Origin: Malacoraja senta
Taxonomy: Eukaryota
Length of the DNA stretch: 64,000 nucleotides
Assembly: GCA_038087875.1 (NCBI GenBank)
Contig: CM075991.1
Location: 3,596,001 to 3,660,000, forward strand
Direction of reading: 5' to 3'
Shown: positions 37,829 through 51,589 of the stretch, in pieces
How positions within the stretch are numbered: position 1 is the first letter of the stretch
Layout of the letters: every line of letters starts with the position of its first letter
Program-made: the position numbers and the translations under genes
Notes under the pieces: model-generated
Database searches by the model: none
What the model saw: only the letters and a program-made list of their open reading frames with translations
What the model was told of the DNA's origin: nothing

Positions 37829-39136
37829 CTGTAATAAAAATGACAAGTTTCATGATTTGAGTAATTTTTCTTTCGTTCATCCTAACTTACGAGATACCTC
37901 TCACACGTGATTTATGTACATTTGAAGCTGTGGATTTTAAACATGCAACGTAAAATATTGCAAAAAGACTTGTGACTGTATCTGTTTCTACAATGGATGG
38001 CTTTCCCCAAGCTGCAATAATTGCAACTCAACGTTATTCAAACAAATATTAACATATTTTATTATATAAAAATAATATAGCTGAGTAGGAGAGGAGATGG
38101 TAACGGGATTTGGTCTGCGTTATTCATACGTTTTTCAGCTAGATTAAACATATTTATCTTGCTTTAGTCCCGCGGGGTCTTGTCACTTTAATGACAGAGT
38201 GCATCGTGATAAATCTGTCTCATTTTGTGGGCAGAAAAACATTCCATTAATGGGAGTAGTCTGCACTGAAACACTTGTTTTCGACAAAATCAACTATCTG
38301 ATCAGCACAAACATTTGGGAGTATGGTTACAAACAAGATTAAACATCGGTCTGCAAGACATCCACAGCGCCAGAGACCCGGCTTCAATCCCAACTACGGG
38401 TGTTCTCTGTACGGAGTTTGTACGTTCTCCCCGTGGCCGTGTGGGTTTTCTCCGAGATCTTCGGTTTCCTCCCACACTCCACAGATGTACAGGTTTGTAG
38501 GTTAATTGGCTTGGTATAAATGTAAATTGTCCCTAGTGTGTGTAGGATAGTGTTAGTGTGTGGGGATCGCTGGTCAGCGTGGACTCGGTGGGCCGAAGGG
38601 CCTGTATCTCTAAACTAAACTAACCCGAAGGACCCAAACCTTTGTACGGCCACTTTAAGCAAGCACTCGGTGGGCTGAAGGGCCTGTGTCCGTGCTGTAT
38701 CACTAAACTAAACTCATACCATATAAAATCTTTGTCTCTTTTAAAATCCCTCAACCACTCAATACTGCTCCCTGCCTAAATTATCATACAGCACGGAAAA
38801 TGTCCCTTCGGTCAAACTTGTCCATGCCAGCCAAGCTACACCATCTACACCAGTCCCACCTACCTGACTTTGGCTCATATCACTCTGAACATGTCCAAAT
38901 GCATTTTAAATGTTATTGTACATGCCTCATTGACCTTCTCTAGCAGCTCATTCCATGTACCCAACCATGTGGACAAGTTACTTCTCTGATTCTTATTAAA
39001 TCTTTCTCACCTCCTCCAGTTCTTGATTCCCCTAATCTGGATAAAATACTCTGTACATCTATGCTAACTATTCCCCTTGTGATCTTGAAACCCCCCTAGA
39101 CCTGGTAACATCCTCATGAATCTTCTCTGTACCTTA

Positions 39137-39430
39137 AGGGCCTGTCCCACTATACGAGTTTACCCAAGAGCTCTTCCGAGTTAAAAAAATAACCAAAAAC
39201 TGATTGTACGTAGCGGGTACATCGGAGCTCGGCACGTCTCTTAGCGGCTCGTAACGCTAACGGCAGGTACTCGGGAAACGCGGTAAGCTCATGAAGTTTT
39301 TTCAACATGTTGAAAAATGTCCACGAGAGCCCCGAGTACCGACGAGCGGCTATTACCGTAATTCTCCGAGTTCGAATCAGGGGAAACTCGGGAGAACTGT
39401 TGAATTACCTCGTACAGTGGGACAGGCTCT
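39137..39430. mobile_element. PIF/Harbinger-type MITE inserted in CR1
   Basis: Same TIR; TTA TSD on both sides. Confidence 0.88.
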
Positions 39431-39554
39431 TTATCCAGCTTGACAACAGTAGTAAGCTCTTCAGGCCATGGGCATTTTGAGATGGATAATGAAAGCCAGC
39501 AACATCAACATCCAAGCAGGAAATTCAACACCAGTTCTATTGTTAGCTTGAAGA

Positions 39555-40050
39555 CAGGCACACAAAAAGCTGGAGTAACTCAACGGGTCAGGCAGTATCT
39601 CGGGTGAAAAGGAATAGGTGACGTTTTGGGTCGAGACCCTTCTTCAGACTGAGCATCTGGGGTTAGGGTTACAAGAGATAAAAATGGTACTAGCAAAAAT
39701 GATTGGAAGATATGCAAATAAATGGCAATAATCAAGAAAAGGCAGAGCCCACAATGGTCCGTTGTTGGCTGTGGGAGAGGTGGGATACAGACAGAGGAAC
39801 TCAACAGGACAGTGAAACTAGCACAACGACTAGGGTGGGGAAGGGACGGAGAGAGAGGGGATGCAAGGGCTACTTGAGGTCAGAGAAATCAATATTCATG
39901 CCACTGCGGTGTAAGCTGCCCAAGCGAAATACGAGGTGCTGTTCCACCAATTTGGGCTGGGCCTCACTATGGACAGGACAGAAAGGTCAGTGTGGGAATG
40001 GAAAGGGGTTAAAGTGTTTGGCAGCCGGGAGATCGCGTAGACTCAGACAG
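39555..40050 (-). mobile_element. PLE 3' fragment
   Basis: Terminal repeat plus gtaagctgcccaagcgaaatacgaggtgctgttcc (GIY-YIG C-terminal coding remnant). Confidence 0.75.
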
Positions 40051-40340
40051 GCTATACTTAGCTTTGTGGATAAACCTTAATCATAGTATGGATACAGTAT
40101 GGAAACAGGCCCTTTGGCCCAACTAGGCCACACCAGCTAAACTAATCCCACAGCCTGCGCTTGGTCTATATCCCTCCAAACCTGTCCCATCCATGTACCT
40201 GTCTAAACTGTTTCTTAAACGTTGGGATGGTCCCAGACTCAACTACCTCCTCTGGCAGCGTGTTCCATGCACCCACCACCCTCTGTGGGAAAATTGTTCG
40301 TTGTTTTTCAGTGTGTATTCCATCCGCCGGCGCGACTTAC

Positions 40341-40535
40341 GTTGATGATGGCGTCCGTCTGGATGTATTCCATGTCGGAATCCTTGAGTCCCAGCTCCTT
40401 GCCGCCTCTCTCCGTGGTGCTGACGATTCCTGTCGTCACAGTGTTCTGCAGGGAGAAGGGGCTTCCGATCGCCACCACAAACTCCCCCGGCCGGAGGTCG
40501 GATGAGCGAGCCAGCAACAGAACCGGGAGAGGACT
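40341..40535 (-). CDS. HTRA4: HtrA protease exon 4 ([65 protein letters not shown])
   Basis: cag|...|gtaag, 195 nt, phase 0->0; very close to the vertebrate HTRA1/4 exon 4 peptide. Confidence 0.95.
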
Positions 40536-40646
40536 CTGTTCACGGGGAACAAGGCTGCATTAGTGTGCATTCTCCACATCTAAAGGGCATGCATTGTTTA
40601 ATTGACCCCTGAGATGTATTGAAGAGAGAGTTAGATATCTCTCTAA

Positions 40647-40870
40647 AGGGCCTGTCCCACTTTGAATACCTAATTCACGACCATTTTTACTCGTGGACAT
40701 TTTTCATCGTTGAAAAGACGCCCCAACCTACTTGATGCCACGAGTACCTACGACTAGCATCATGACCTACCTACGACCTACCTACGACCTTCTGCGACCT
40801 CGTGAAGACCATGCTGCAAGTATGAGTCAAGGGTAAACTCAGCAGAGGTCGTGAAAGTGGGACAGGCCCT
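40647..40870. mobile_element. PIF/Harbinger-type MITE inserted in a CR1 3'UTR
   Basis: Same TIR, TAA/TTA flanks; interior related to the 55954 copy in opposite orientation. Confidence 0.85.
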
Positions 40871-41408
40871 TTAGGGCTAACGGAATAAAGGGATATGTGG
40901 AGAAAGCAGGAACGGGGTACTGATTTTGGATGATCAGCCATGATTATATTGAATGGCGGTACTGGATCGAAGGGCCGAATGGACTACTCCTGCACCTATT
41001 ATCTATGTTTCTATATTTATAGGACCCGACCTGTCACTTACACTTGTCCCACCTGTCCACATTTGGCCCATATCCCTCTAAACCTTTCATGTACCTGTTC
41101 AAATGTCCTTTAAATATTTTTATAGGGCCTTCCTCGACTACCTCCTCTGATAGCTCGTTCCCCGTGTGAAAAAGTTCACCCTCAGATTCCTATTAAATCT
41201 TTCCCCTCTCACCTTAAACCTATGTCCTTTGGAATTGCAGATCATGGTTTAAAAAGAAGAAGAAAGGTCCTGGAGTAACTCAGCAGGACAGGTCGCATCT
41301 TTGGAGAATGTGAATAGTTTAAAGAAGGCCTTCAACCCAAAATCTCCAGAGATTCTGCCTGACCGACTGAGTTACTCCAGCACTCTGTGTCTTGATTTTG
41401 GAACTTAA

Positions 41409-41963
41409 TGGGCCTATCCCACTTAGGCGATTTTTTTGGCGACTGCTGGCGACTGTCATAGTCGTAGCATGTTGCCGAAGAATCAGCGACTGGACCCCCC
41501 CCCCCCCCCCACGACAATGTCTACAAAAACCTACCTCCTAGTCTACGGCAAGCTACGGCAAGCTATCGACAACCGGTGACCATTAGGACGTCCACCTACG
41601 ACCACAACACGACAAGCTAAGACAATTCGATCGCCGGTGCCTGTCACCGGTTGACGTAGGTTGACGTAGGTAGTCGCCAACGGAAATCACCGAAGTCAGC
41701 ACCGGCGACAACCTACGTCATCCTGGCGACAACCTACCATAGCACCTACATCAGGAGGTCAAGATACGCTCATATGGGTCAAACCCACTGTTGCCGAAAA
41801 TGTTTCAACATGTTGAAAACTTTGCGGCGACCAGAAAGACGCTACGACTCTTTGCGCGACTGAGGAGACGACTAACGTCCATACAGGCGACACAACGGCG
41901 ACCATGTGGCGACAGCCAAGTCGCCTGTAGTTGCCAATAAATCGCCTAAGTGGGACAGGCCCA
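41409..41963. mobile_element. PIF/Harbinger-type MITE
   Basis: TGGGCCTATCCCACTTAGGCGATTT...AAATCGCCTAAGTGGGACAGGCCCA. Confidence 0.85.
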
Positions 41964-42606
41964 TGACTCTGTTTTTCTCTCTGTGCCTGATTTAGGGGTG
42001 GCACAGTGGCGCAGCGGTAGAGTTGGTGCCTCACTGCGCCAGGGACCCGGGTTCTATCCAGACTACGTGTGTTAGGGGTGTGGAGTCCTTTGGTTCTTGA
42101 TTCCCCAACTCTGGGTGAAAGACTGTACATCTACTCTGTCTATTCCCCTCATCATCTTGTACACCTCTAGAAGATCACCCATCATCTTCCTGCGCTCCAA
42201 GGAATAAAGTCCACACCTACCCAACCTCTCCTTATAGCTCAGGCCCTCAAGTCTTGGTAAAATCCTCTTAAACATGTTCTTCCAACAATAGCTTAATTTG
42301 CAAAGCAATTCCACGATAAGCATAAGCATACTGTAGATAGAAAAGCATAGTTGAGTATTATCTTCAAGAAATGCTCGTGATAGAAAGTGCCTGGTAGTGC
42401 CAGAGACCCGGGTTCGATCCTCACCTCGGGTGATGTCTGTGTGGAGTTTGCATGTTCTCCCTGTGACCGCGTGGGTTTAGAAAAATATGGCTGCTTTCTT
42501 AGAACAGCGCAACCGAGGACCAGGCCCACAATATCACAATAACATGATACAAAGTTAAACTAATCTCTGACAGTGAATAATATCCACCAATTCTCACATA
42601 TCCATA

Positions 42607-42895
42607 TTTAGTTTAGAGATACAGCGCGGAAACAGGCCCTCGGCCCACCGAGTCCGCACCGACCAGCGACCCCCACATTTTAACACTGTCCTACCCACAC
42701 TAGGGACATTTTTAAACATTTACACCAAGCCAATTAACCTACAAACCTGTACATCTTTGGTGTGTGGGAGGAAACCGAAGATCTTGCAAAAAACCCACGC
42801 AGGTCATGAGGAGAACTCCGTACAGGCAGCACCCGTAGTCAGGATCGAACCCAGGTATTTAGCTGCTGTAAGGCAGTAGTTCTACCGCTACGTCA
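42607..42895 (-). mobile_element. V-SINE
   Basis: As above. Further copies at about 480-700, 2470-2750, 3090-3360, 4460-4900, 16195-16465, 17372-17622, 24893-25150, 33850-34115, 38360-38623, 44315-44815, 45030-45325, 48527-49012, 51187-51485, 52320-52600, 53515-53830, 54925-55180, 56598-56885 and 61825-62105. Confidence 0.85.
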
Positions 42896-43134
42896 CCGTA
42901 TTGGCAACCATGTGCCTATCCAAATGCCTCTTAAACACCACTATCGTACCTGCCTTCACTACCACCCCTGGCAGCATATTCCAGGCACCCACCGCATTGT
43001 CCAAAAAATACTTGCCCCCTGCATCTCCTTTAAACCTTCCCCCTCTTGCCTTAAAGCTATGCCCTCTAGTCCTTAGCATATGCACTCTTCTCACTGTCTA
43101 CCTGTACCTCAGTTTGCATCGACTGTGCCGAAGT

Positions 43135-43857
43135 AGAAATGGTTGAAAACTTCAAATTCTTAGGAGTCAACATCACCAACAACATCTCCTGGAACACCCA
43201 TATTGAAGCAACAACCAAGAAAGCCCACCAACGCCTCTACTTCCTTAGAAGGGTTAGGAAGTTCAGCATCTCCTACAACTCTCACCAACTTCTACAGATG
43301 CACCACAGTAAGCACTTTTTCAGGACACATCACAGCTCAGTTTGGGAACCGCTCCATCCATGACCGTTCAAAAATTGCAGCGAATTGTGGACGCAGCCCA
43401 GACCGTCTCACAAAACAAGCCTCCCTTCTATTGACTCCGTCTGCACCTCACGCTGCCTCGGCAAGGCCAGCAGCATAATCAAGGACGAGTCGCACCCTGG
43501 CCACTCCCTCTTCTTCCCTCTCCCATCAGGCAAATGGTACAGAAGTGTGAAAACGCACACCTCCACATTCAGGGACAGTTTCTTCCCAGCTCTTGTCAGG
43601 CAACTGAATCATCCTACCACAACCAGAGAGCAGTGCTGAACTACTATCTACCACTTTGATGACCCTTGGACTATCCTTGATCGGACTTTGCTGGCTTTAC
43701 CTTGCACTAAACGTTATTCCCTTATGATGTATCTATCTATACACTGTAAATGGCTCGATTGTAATCATGTGTTGTCTTTCTGCTGGCTGGTTAGCACTCC
43801 ACTATACTCTTCCACAATACCTCGGTAAACGGGACAATAAACAAAACTAAACTAAAC
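43135..43857 (+). mobile_element. Rex1/Babar LINE 3' fragment
   Basis: VENFKFLGVNITNNISW...KKAHQRLYFLRR; 3'UTR ending in (CTAAA)n. Confidence 0.85.
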
Positions 43858-46519
43858 TTTGTGCCACTCATTACTTTTATAAACTTCTAACAGGTCTCTT
43901 CTCAACCTCCAGCGTTCCAGAGAAAACAATCCAAGTTATTCTAAAAATGTGTCTCAACTCTATTTATAGCTGAAGCCTTGAATCGAGGCAGTGTGTTGAT
44001 AAACCTCATCTGCACCCTCTCTAAATCCGCTACATCCTTCCTGTAATGGGGCGACCAGAACTGAACACAACATTCCAAACGCAGACAAATTCAATTCGTA
44101 TAAGGCTGCAACATGACTTCCTGACCCTTGCGCGCTGAGTCCTGCACAACACAACAATCGCCTCCATTTTAAGTACCGATGAAATGGAGACATTAAGCCA
44201 TTTGCAGATACTTAACTGCTGAGGCGGCGTTAGTGCTGACAGAAGTAGCATCGTTGTTTCGAGCTGGTGACCCTGACATCAGAAGGCTGGAAAACAAACT
44301 GCTGGAAGAGATCAGGCGGCACGGTGGCGCAGCGGTAGAGTTGCCGCCTTACAGCGCTTGCAGTGCCGGAGACCCGGGTTCGATCCCGACTACGGGTGCT
44401 GTCTGGGCGGAGTTTGTACGTTCTCAACGTGACATGTGTGGGTTTCCTCCAAGATACTTTCAAGAGAGAGCTTGATAGGGCTCTTAAAGATAGCGGAGTC
44501 AGGGGATATGGGGAGAAGGCAGGAACAGGGTTCTGATTGGGGATGTTCAGCCATGATCACATTGAATGGCAGTGCTGGCTCGAAGGGCCGAATGGCCTAC
44601 TCCTGCACCTATTGTCTATTGTCGCCATTATTTCGGTTTCCTCCCACACTCCAAAGACGTACAGCTTTGTTGGTTTAATTGGCTTGGTGTAAATGTAAAA
44701 ATGTCCCTAGGGTGTGTAGGGTAGTATTAATGTGCAGGGATCGCTGGTCAGTGCGGACTCGGTGGGCCGAAGGGCCTGTTTCCGGGCTTTATCTGTAAAC
44801 TAAAGTAAAGTAAACTAAATCTGCTTGGGTACTGCAGCTTACAACTCAATGGCATGAACAAGTTAAGTAACTACAAAAGCCCCATCCCCCTCTGCTTTCT
44901 TCCTTCATATACTCCCAACTTTATCCCCCCCACCCCCTGCCCCACCTGGACTCAAACCTATTGCTCCGCTCCCCCTCACCTTCCTCCTTCACCTGCATTC
45001 CTCCCTCTAGCTTCACAATTCATATCTTTTAGTTTAGTTTAGTTTAGAGATACAGCGCGGCCCTTCGGCCCACTGGGTCCGCTCCGGCCCACGGTCCCCG
45101 TACATTAACACTATCCTGCACCCACTAGGGACAATTTTACATTCATACCAAACGAGTTAACCTACCGACCTGCGTCTTTGGAGTGTGTGAAACCGAAGGC
45201 TCGGAGAAAACCCTCGCAGGTCACGAGGAGAACGTACAAACTCCGCACAGACAGCACCCGTAGTCGGGATCGAACCCGGGTCTCTGTTGTTGTAAGGCAA
45301 TCGCTCTACCGCTATGCCACCGTGCAACCCTCTTCAATCCTTTTATCTTACACCTTCTGTCTTTTCATCTTTCTTTCTAGGTAATAATGCGTTGAAACGG
45401 GTCTTTGGCCCACCGAGTCTGTGCCGGCCATCGAACACCCGTTAACACTGGTTGTCTCCTATACACTAGGCACAATTTACAGATGTCACGTGGTCACAGT
45501 GAGAACATACAAACTCCACACAGACAGCACCCATAGTCAAGATCGAACCCGGGTCTCTGGCAGTGTGAGGCAGCAGCAACTCTACCGCTGTGTCACTGTG
45601 CTGCCCTGATGATTTTGATATGTAACAGTGTGAAAGGAGCTCTTGGTCTCATTCACATATGTCAATATAGAGTGGCTGCCTTCTGGAGTTGGAGCCCGAC
45701 TCTATCCTGACTACGACCACGGGTGTGCTGTCTGCACGGAGTTTGCACATTCTCACTGTGACCACTTAGGTTTTAGGTCATAAGCTCATAAGGAATAGGA
45801 GTAGAATTAGGGCATTCGGCCCATCAAGTCAACTCCGTCATTCACTCATGGCTGATGTATCTCCCCCTCCTAACCACATTCTTCTGCCTTCTCCCCATAA
45901 CCTCTGACACATGTACCAATCAATGTTTTCCCTCAATGCTCCGGTTTCTTCCCACATTCCAAAGATGAAAAGGTTTGTGGGTTAATTGGTTGCCGTAAAT
46001 TGTCTCCAGTGTGAATGATAGTGCTAGTGTACGGGGTGATCGCTGGTCAGCGCAGACTCTATGGGCCGAAGGGCCTGTTTCCACGCTGTGTTTCTGAAGT
46101 CTAAAGTCTACAATTTCAGCACTCTTTAATTTAGATTTCCAGCATCTGCAGCATTTTAATTTTCCGTTCCCACTATTATCCAGCTCAGCCTTGAATGTTT
46201 GGACTGAAACTATTTCCGTTGCAGCCTTTATACTCTGTTCCAGATTGTAACAAATCACTGCACCAAATAAAACTCCCATTCCCTTGCCAACTATCTTAAA
46301 TCTCTGTGGTTTAATAACCCCTTCTTGCCCGAGGAAACAATTCCCATTCCTCTTTCAAAATACAAACTATTAACATTTCTGCTGAGGAAAAGGCAATTGA
46401 GCCGAAACCTGAAGAAAAAGAAAGGCCAAAAGTGAATTATGGAAGCACAGACCAATGGAAACTGTCAGCTTCATAATTTAGTCCTGCTTTGAACCCAATG
46501 TCTCACTCATGTGGAGACC

Positions 46520-46881
46520 TTGACTCAAACCAGCAGCAGAATCAAGGACGAGTCGCACCCTCGTCTCATCGGGCAAACAGTACAGAAGTGTGAAAACGCA
46601 CACCTCCAGATTCAGGGACAGTTTCTTCCCAGCTGTTATCAGGCAACTGAACCATCCTACCACAACCAGAGCGCAGAGCTGAACTACTATCTACCTCTTT
46701 GATGACCCTTAGACTATCCGTTTACTGGCTTTACCTTGCACTAAATGTTATTCCCTCATCAAGTATCTATACACTGTAAATGGATTGATTGGAATCATGT
46801 ATTGTCTTTCTGCTGACTGGTTAGCACGCAACAAAAAGCTTTTCCCTGTTCCTCGGTACACGTGACAATAAACTAAACTGA
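46520..46881 (+). mobile_element. Rex1/Babar LINE 3' end (host of PLE insertions)
   Basis: Same 3' sequence as the 43135 copy, ending gtgacaataaactaaac. Confidence 0.8.
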
Positions 46882-47139
46882 TGTTTAAGAAAGAACTGCA
46901 GATGCTGGTAAAATCAAAGGTAGACACAAAATGCTGGAGTAACTCAGCGGGTGAGGCAGCATCTATGGAGAGAATGAACTGGCGACGTTTCGGGTCGAGA
47001 CCCTTCTCTCCATAGATGCTGCCTCACCCGCTGAGTTACTCCAGTATTTTGTGTCTACCATAAACTAAACTGAAGGTACACAAAAATGCTGGAGAAACTC
47101 AGCGGGTGCAGCAGCATCTATGGAGCGAAGGAAATAGGT

Positions 47140-47167
47140 AACGTTTCGGGCCGAAACCCTTCTTCAG
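47140..47167 (-). ncRNA. minimal hammerhead-ribozyme-like core in the PLE terminal repeat
   Basis: CTGAAGA-A-GGGT[TTCG]GCCC-GAAAC-GTT. Confidence 0.6.
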
Positions 47168-47294
47168 ACTGATAGGGGGTGGGGAGAAGAAAGGAAAAAG
47201 GGAGGAAAAAAGGAAAAGGCGGAGGAGGAGCCCGAGGGCTGGGGGAGGGGAGGAGACAACCAGATGGCTGATGAAGGGGAGGGGACAGCCAGGG

Positions 47295-48363
47295 CTAGCA
47301 GAATTGGGAGAATTCAACGTTCAGGCCACCAGGATGTAGACTGCCCAAGCGGAATATGAGGTGCATTTCCTCCAATTTACGGTGTTGCTCGCTGTGGCCA
47401 TGGAGGAGACCCAGGACAGAGAGGTCAGATACGGAATGGGAGGGGGAGTTGAAGTGCTGAGCCACCGGGAGTTCAGGTTGGTTATTGCGGACCGACCGGA
47501 GGTGTTCGGCGAAACGATCGCCAAGCCTCCGCTTGGTCTCACCGATGTAGATCAGCTGGCATCTAGAGCAGCGAATGCAATAGATGAGGTTGGAGGAGAT
47601 GCAGGTGAACCTCTGTCGCACCTGGAACGACTGCTTGGGTCCTTGAATGGAGTGGAGGGGGGAAGTGAAGGGACAAGTGTTGCATCTCTTGCGGTTGCAA
47701 GGGAAAGTACCAGGGGAGGGGGTGGTATGGGAGGGAAGGGAAGAATTGACAAGGGAGTTACGGAGGGAGCGGTCTTTGCGGAAGGCGGACATGGGGGGAG
47801 ATGGGAAGATGTGGCGAGTGGTGGGGTCACGTTGGAGGTGGCGAAACTGACGGAGGATCACTTGTTGTATGTGACGGCTGGTGGGGTGAAAGGTGAGGAC
47901 TAGGGGGACTCTGCCTTTGTTGTGAGTGGGGGGATGGGGAGAGAGAGCAGTGTTGCGGGGTATGGCAGAGACCCTGGTGCGAGCCTCATCTATGGTGGAG
48001 GAGGGGAACCCCCGTTCCCTGAAGAATGAGGACATTTCAGATGCCCTGGTGTGGAACGCCTCATCCTGGGAGCAGATGCGGCGTAGACGGAGGAATTGGG
48101 AGTGGGGGATGGATTCGTTACAGGAAGCAGGGTGGGAAGAAGTGTAGTCCAGATAGCCATGGGAGTCGGTAGGTTTGTAGTGGATGTCGGTAAGGAGTCT
48201 ATCACCTGCGATGGAGATAGTGAGGTCAAGGAATGGTAGGGAAGTGTCGGAAATGGTCCAGGTGTATTTGAGTGCCGGATGGAAGTTGGTGGTGAAGCGG
48301 ATGAAGTCAGTCAGTTGTGTGTGGGTGCAGGATGTGGCACCAAAACAATCATCGATGTAGCTA
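47295..48363 (-). CDS. PLE polyprotein C-terminal part: RT (YIDD, LPFLD, YKPTDSHGYL), Cys/His linker and GIY-YIG endonuclease
   Basis: Uninterrupted frame within ORF 47295..48401; NLIYCIRCSRCQLIYIGETKRRLGDRFAEH motif; truncated just upstream of YIDD. Confidence 0.92.
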
Positions 48364-49234
48364 ACTGAACTGAACTTATTCCAAATCCATGTGTCAACCA
48401 CTTCATTTGACTGGCTTTGAGTTTTACTCTGGAAAAGAATGTACTAATGTACGTTTGAGTGCCAAACCAGCCGATGCCAATGTTTCTAGGAATGTACGGA
48501 GGTTTGTGCAACAGTTCTACATGGCTGGCACAATGGTGCAGCGGTAGAGTTGCTGCCTCACAGTGCTTCCATGTGCCAGAGACCAGGTTCGATCACAACC
48601 TCGGGTGCTGTCTGTGTGGAGTTTGCCCATTCTCCCTAAGTTTCCGCGTAAGTTTCCTCCGGGTACAGGATGTTTCCTCCCACATCCCAAAGACGTGGAG
48701 GTTTGTAGGTTGTGTAGGAAGGAACTGCAGATGCTGATTTACACCAAAGGTAGGCATAAAATGCTGGAGTAACTCAGCGGGACAGGCAGAATCTCTGGAG
48801 AGAAGGAATGGGTGACGTTTCGTGTCGAGACCTTTCTTCCAGGATTTGTAGGTTTGTCTGCTAATTGAGGTTTGTGGGCAAATTAGTCTCCATAAATTGC
48901 TCCAAGTGTGCAGGGAGTGGATGAGAAACTGGGATAAGATTGAATGGGTGATCAATGGTCGGCGAGTACTCGATGGGCCGAAGGGCCTGTTTCCATGCTG
49001 CATTTCTAAAACTAAGTTTTAAAAAATGGCATGAACAGGAAAGAATACTAATAAAAAGAAGTGAAACTAAAAATTCAATAACGTATTAGATTGTGGAAAA
49101 ATAATCTGTTATCTGGCATTCTTCAAACTCTCTGGGTATAGTGGAACATTTATGATGGTACAGTCTAGGGTCAAGAGAGTCAAGAATATTTTATTATCAT
49201 ATGTCCTGAAAACAGAACAATGAATCTCTTACTT

Positions 49235-49847
49235 TAGTTTAGTTTATTATTAGTCATGTGTACAACAACACGTTTTATTGCATGCCATCCAGTCAGTGTA
49301 AGACTATATATGATTATAATCAAGCCATCCACAGGATAAAGGGAATAATGTTTAAAGCAAGATAAAGTCCAGTAAAAACCCCATTAAATAGTCCAATGGT
49401 CTCCAAGGAGGTAGATGGGAGGTCAGGACTGCTCTCTAGTTGGTGGTGCGATGGTTCAGTTGCCCGACAACAGCTGGGAAGAAACTGTCCCTGAATTTGG
49501 AGGTGTGCGTTTTCACACTTCTACACCTCTTAACTTATGGGAGAGGGGAAAAGAGGGAGTGACTGGGGTGAGACTGGTCCTTGATTGTGCTAGTGGCCTT
49601 GCCGAGGCAGTGTGAGGTGTAGATGGAGTCAATGGAAGGGAGGTTTGGTTTGTGTGATGGTCTGGGCTGCGTCCACAATTCGTTGCAATTTTTGAACGGT
49701 CTTGGATGGAGCTGTTCCCAAACCGTGCTGTGATGCATCCAGATAAAATGCTTTCTATGGCGCATCTGTAGAAGTTGGTAGGAGTTGTAGGGGACATGCC
49801 GAACTTCCTAAGCCTTCTAAGAAAGTAGAGGCGTGGGTGTGCGTTCT
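49235..49847 (-). mobile_element. Rex1/Babar LINE 3' fragment
   Basis: RLYFLRRLRKFGMSPTTPTNFYRCAIESILSGCIT plus the same 3'UTR. Confidence 0.85.
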
Positions 49848-50255
49848 TACTCGTTGTGAGTAGACACAAAGTGTTGGAGTAACTCAGCGGGTCAGGCAGC
49901 ATCTCTTAGAGAAAAAGGATGGGTGACGTTTCGGGTCAGAACCCTTCTTTATCCCTTGTTCAGCTCGTCTGAAGAGATGTTCCGACCTGAAACGTCACCT
50001 ATTCCATTTCTCCAGGGCTGCTGCCTGACCCAGTGAATCATGTTGTCTCTACCCTCTGTACCGGGCGACCAAAGATCAGGAGCGTGGGGCGTAAATGTCG
50101 CCAACAGTTGAGAAGCCGCCCCTGTTGATACACATCTGAAGAGTGTTCTAACACCACTGAAGATAGAGAGTGCCAGGTTATTGAAACTTTATAACACAGC
50201 AACAACAGGAGGCTGGGGACACACACACACACACACACACGGCCAACAGACTTAC

Positions 50256-50460
50256 CTTTGGGCTTATCTTAATTAACGCTATATCTGTTTTTTGGTCCAC
50301 GTCCTTGACCTTGGCCTCGTACTCCTCTCCGTTCTTCAGCTCCACTTTGATCTTCTGCTTGCCGCTCAGTACGTGGGCGTTGGTGACGATCAAGCCATCC
50401 TCCGATACGATGAAGCCCGAGCCACTCGCCACCGAGACTTCCCGGTTGCTGAACGGGACC
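50256..50460 (-). CDS. HTRA4: HtrA protease exon 3 ([68 protein letters not shown]); catalytic His and Asp
   Basis: cag|...|gtaag, 205 nt, phase 2->0. GSGFIV, TNAHV and DIALIK motifs lie in ORF 50178..50564. Confidence 0.95.
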
Positions 50461-50522
50461 CTGAAAAACAACGGGGGGCGAGTGTGAGGGCAGTCGACGC
50501 AAAAACGGTCCGAGCGGCACAG

Positions 50523-50861
50523 TGATGATGGATGGGATTTATATAGCGCCTTTCTAATACCCAAGGCGCTTTACATCGCATTATTCATTCACTCCTCAGT
50601 CACACTCGGTGGTGGTGAGCTACTTCTGTAGCCACAGCTGCCCTGGGGCAGACTGACAGTAGCGTGGCTGCTAATCTGTGCCTACGGCCCCTCCGACCAC
50701 CACCAATCACTCACACACATTCACACACATTCACACGCAGGCAAAGGTGGGTGAAGTGTCTTGCCCAAGGACACAACGACAGTATGCACACCAAGCGGGA
50801 TTCGAACCGGCTACCTTCCGGTTGCCAGCCGAACACTTAGCCCATTGCGCCATCTGTCGTC
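50523..50861 (-). mobile_element. second near-identical copy of the AFC-like SINE
   Basis: Reverse complement of 13516-13850 with only a few substitutions. Confidence 0.85.
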
Positions 50862-51589
50862 CACTAAAGTGGCGCAGCGGTAGAGCAGCTGCCTCACAGC
50901 GCCAGGGACCCCGGGCTCAATCCTCAACTCAGACCAGTGTCGACACATGATGCGTCACTTTCTGAACCAGCTGCGAAACAACATTAATCATTTACCTGAG
51001 ATAGACACAAAAAGCTGGAGTGACTCAGCGGGACAGGCAGCATCTCTGGAGAGAAGGAATGGGTGATGTTTCGGGGCGAGACCCTTCTTCGTAAAACTTC
51101 CATAGTAGAATCCTTTAAGGAGTAATTTTATTTATAAACTAGAAAGTAGTGGGAGCATTCTGATGTTCTACCAATAAAATTATGCATGGTGGTGCAGCAG
51201 GTAGAGCTGCTGTCTCACAGCACCACAGATCCGGGTTTGATACTGACTATGGGTGCTATCTGCACGGAGTTTGCATGTTCTCCCTGTGACCATGTGGGTT
51301 TTCTCTGGGTGCTCCGGTTTCCTCCCACATTCCAAAGATGTACAGGGTTGCAGGTTAATTGGCTTCTGTAAGTGGCCCCTGGTGTGTAGAGGATACAAGT
51401 AGTGTATGGGATGATCGCTGGTTGGTGAGGACTCGGTAGGCCGATGGGCCTGTTTCCACAATATATCACCAAACTAAATTAAACTAATGCTGGTATTCTC
51501 CACAATTCCCACAATGAACTGTCCTTGGATACACAAGAGATGGCAGATGCTGGAATCTTCAGCAAAAAAGGGCAGTGCTGGAGAATTGT

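Larger units (their letters stand above)
47073..48363 (-). mobile_element. Penelope-like retroelement (PLE), 5'-truncated, with 3' terminal repeat carrying a hammerhead-like core
   Basis: RT C-terminus plus GIY-YIG ORF, then a C/T-rich tract and the CTGAAGA..GAAACGTT terminal repeat; inserted into the (CTAAA)n tail of a Rex1 fragment. Confidence 0.93.

Noticed and set aside
47361..47903. 180-aa plus-strand ORF
   Set aside because: Antisense shadow of the Penelope ORF.
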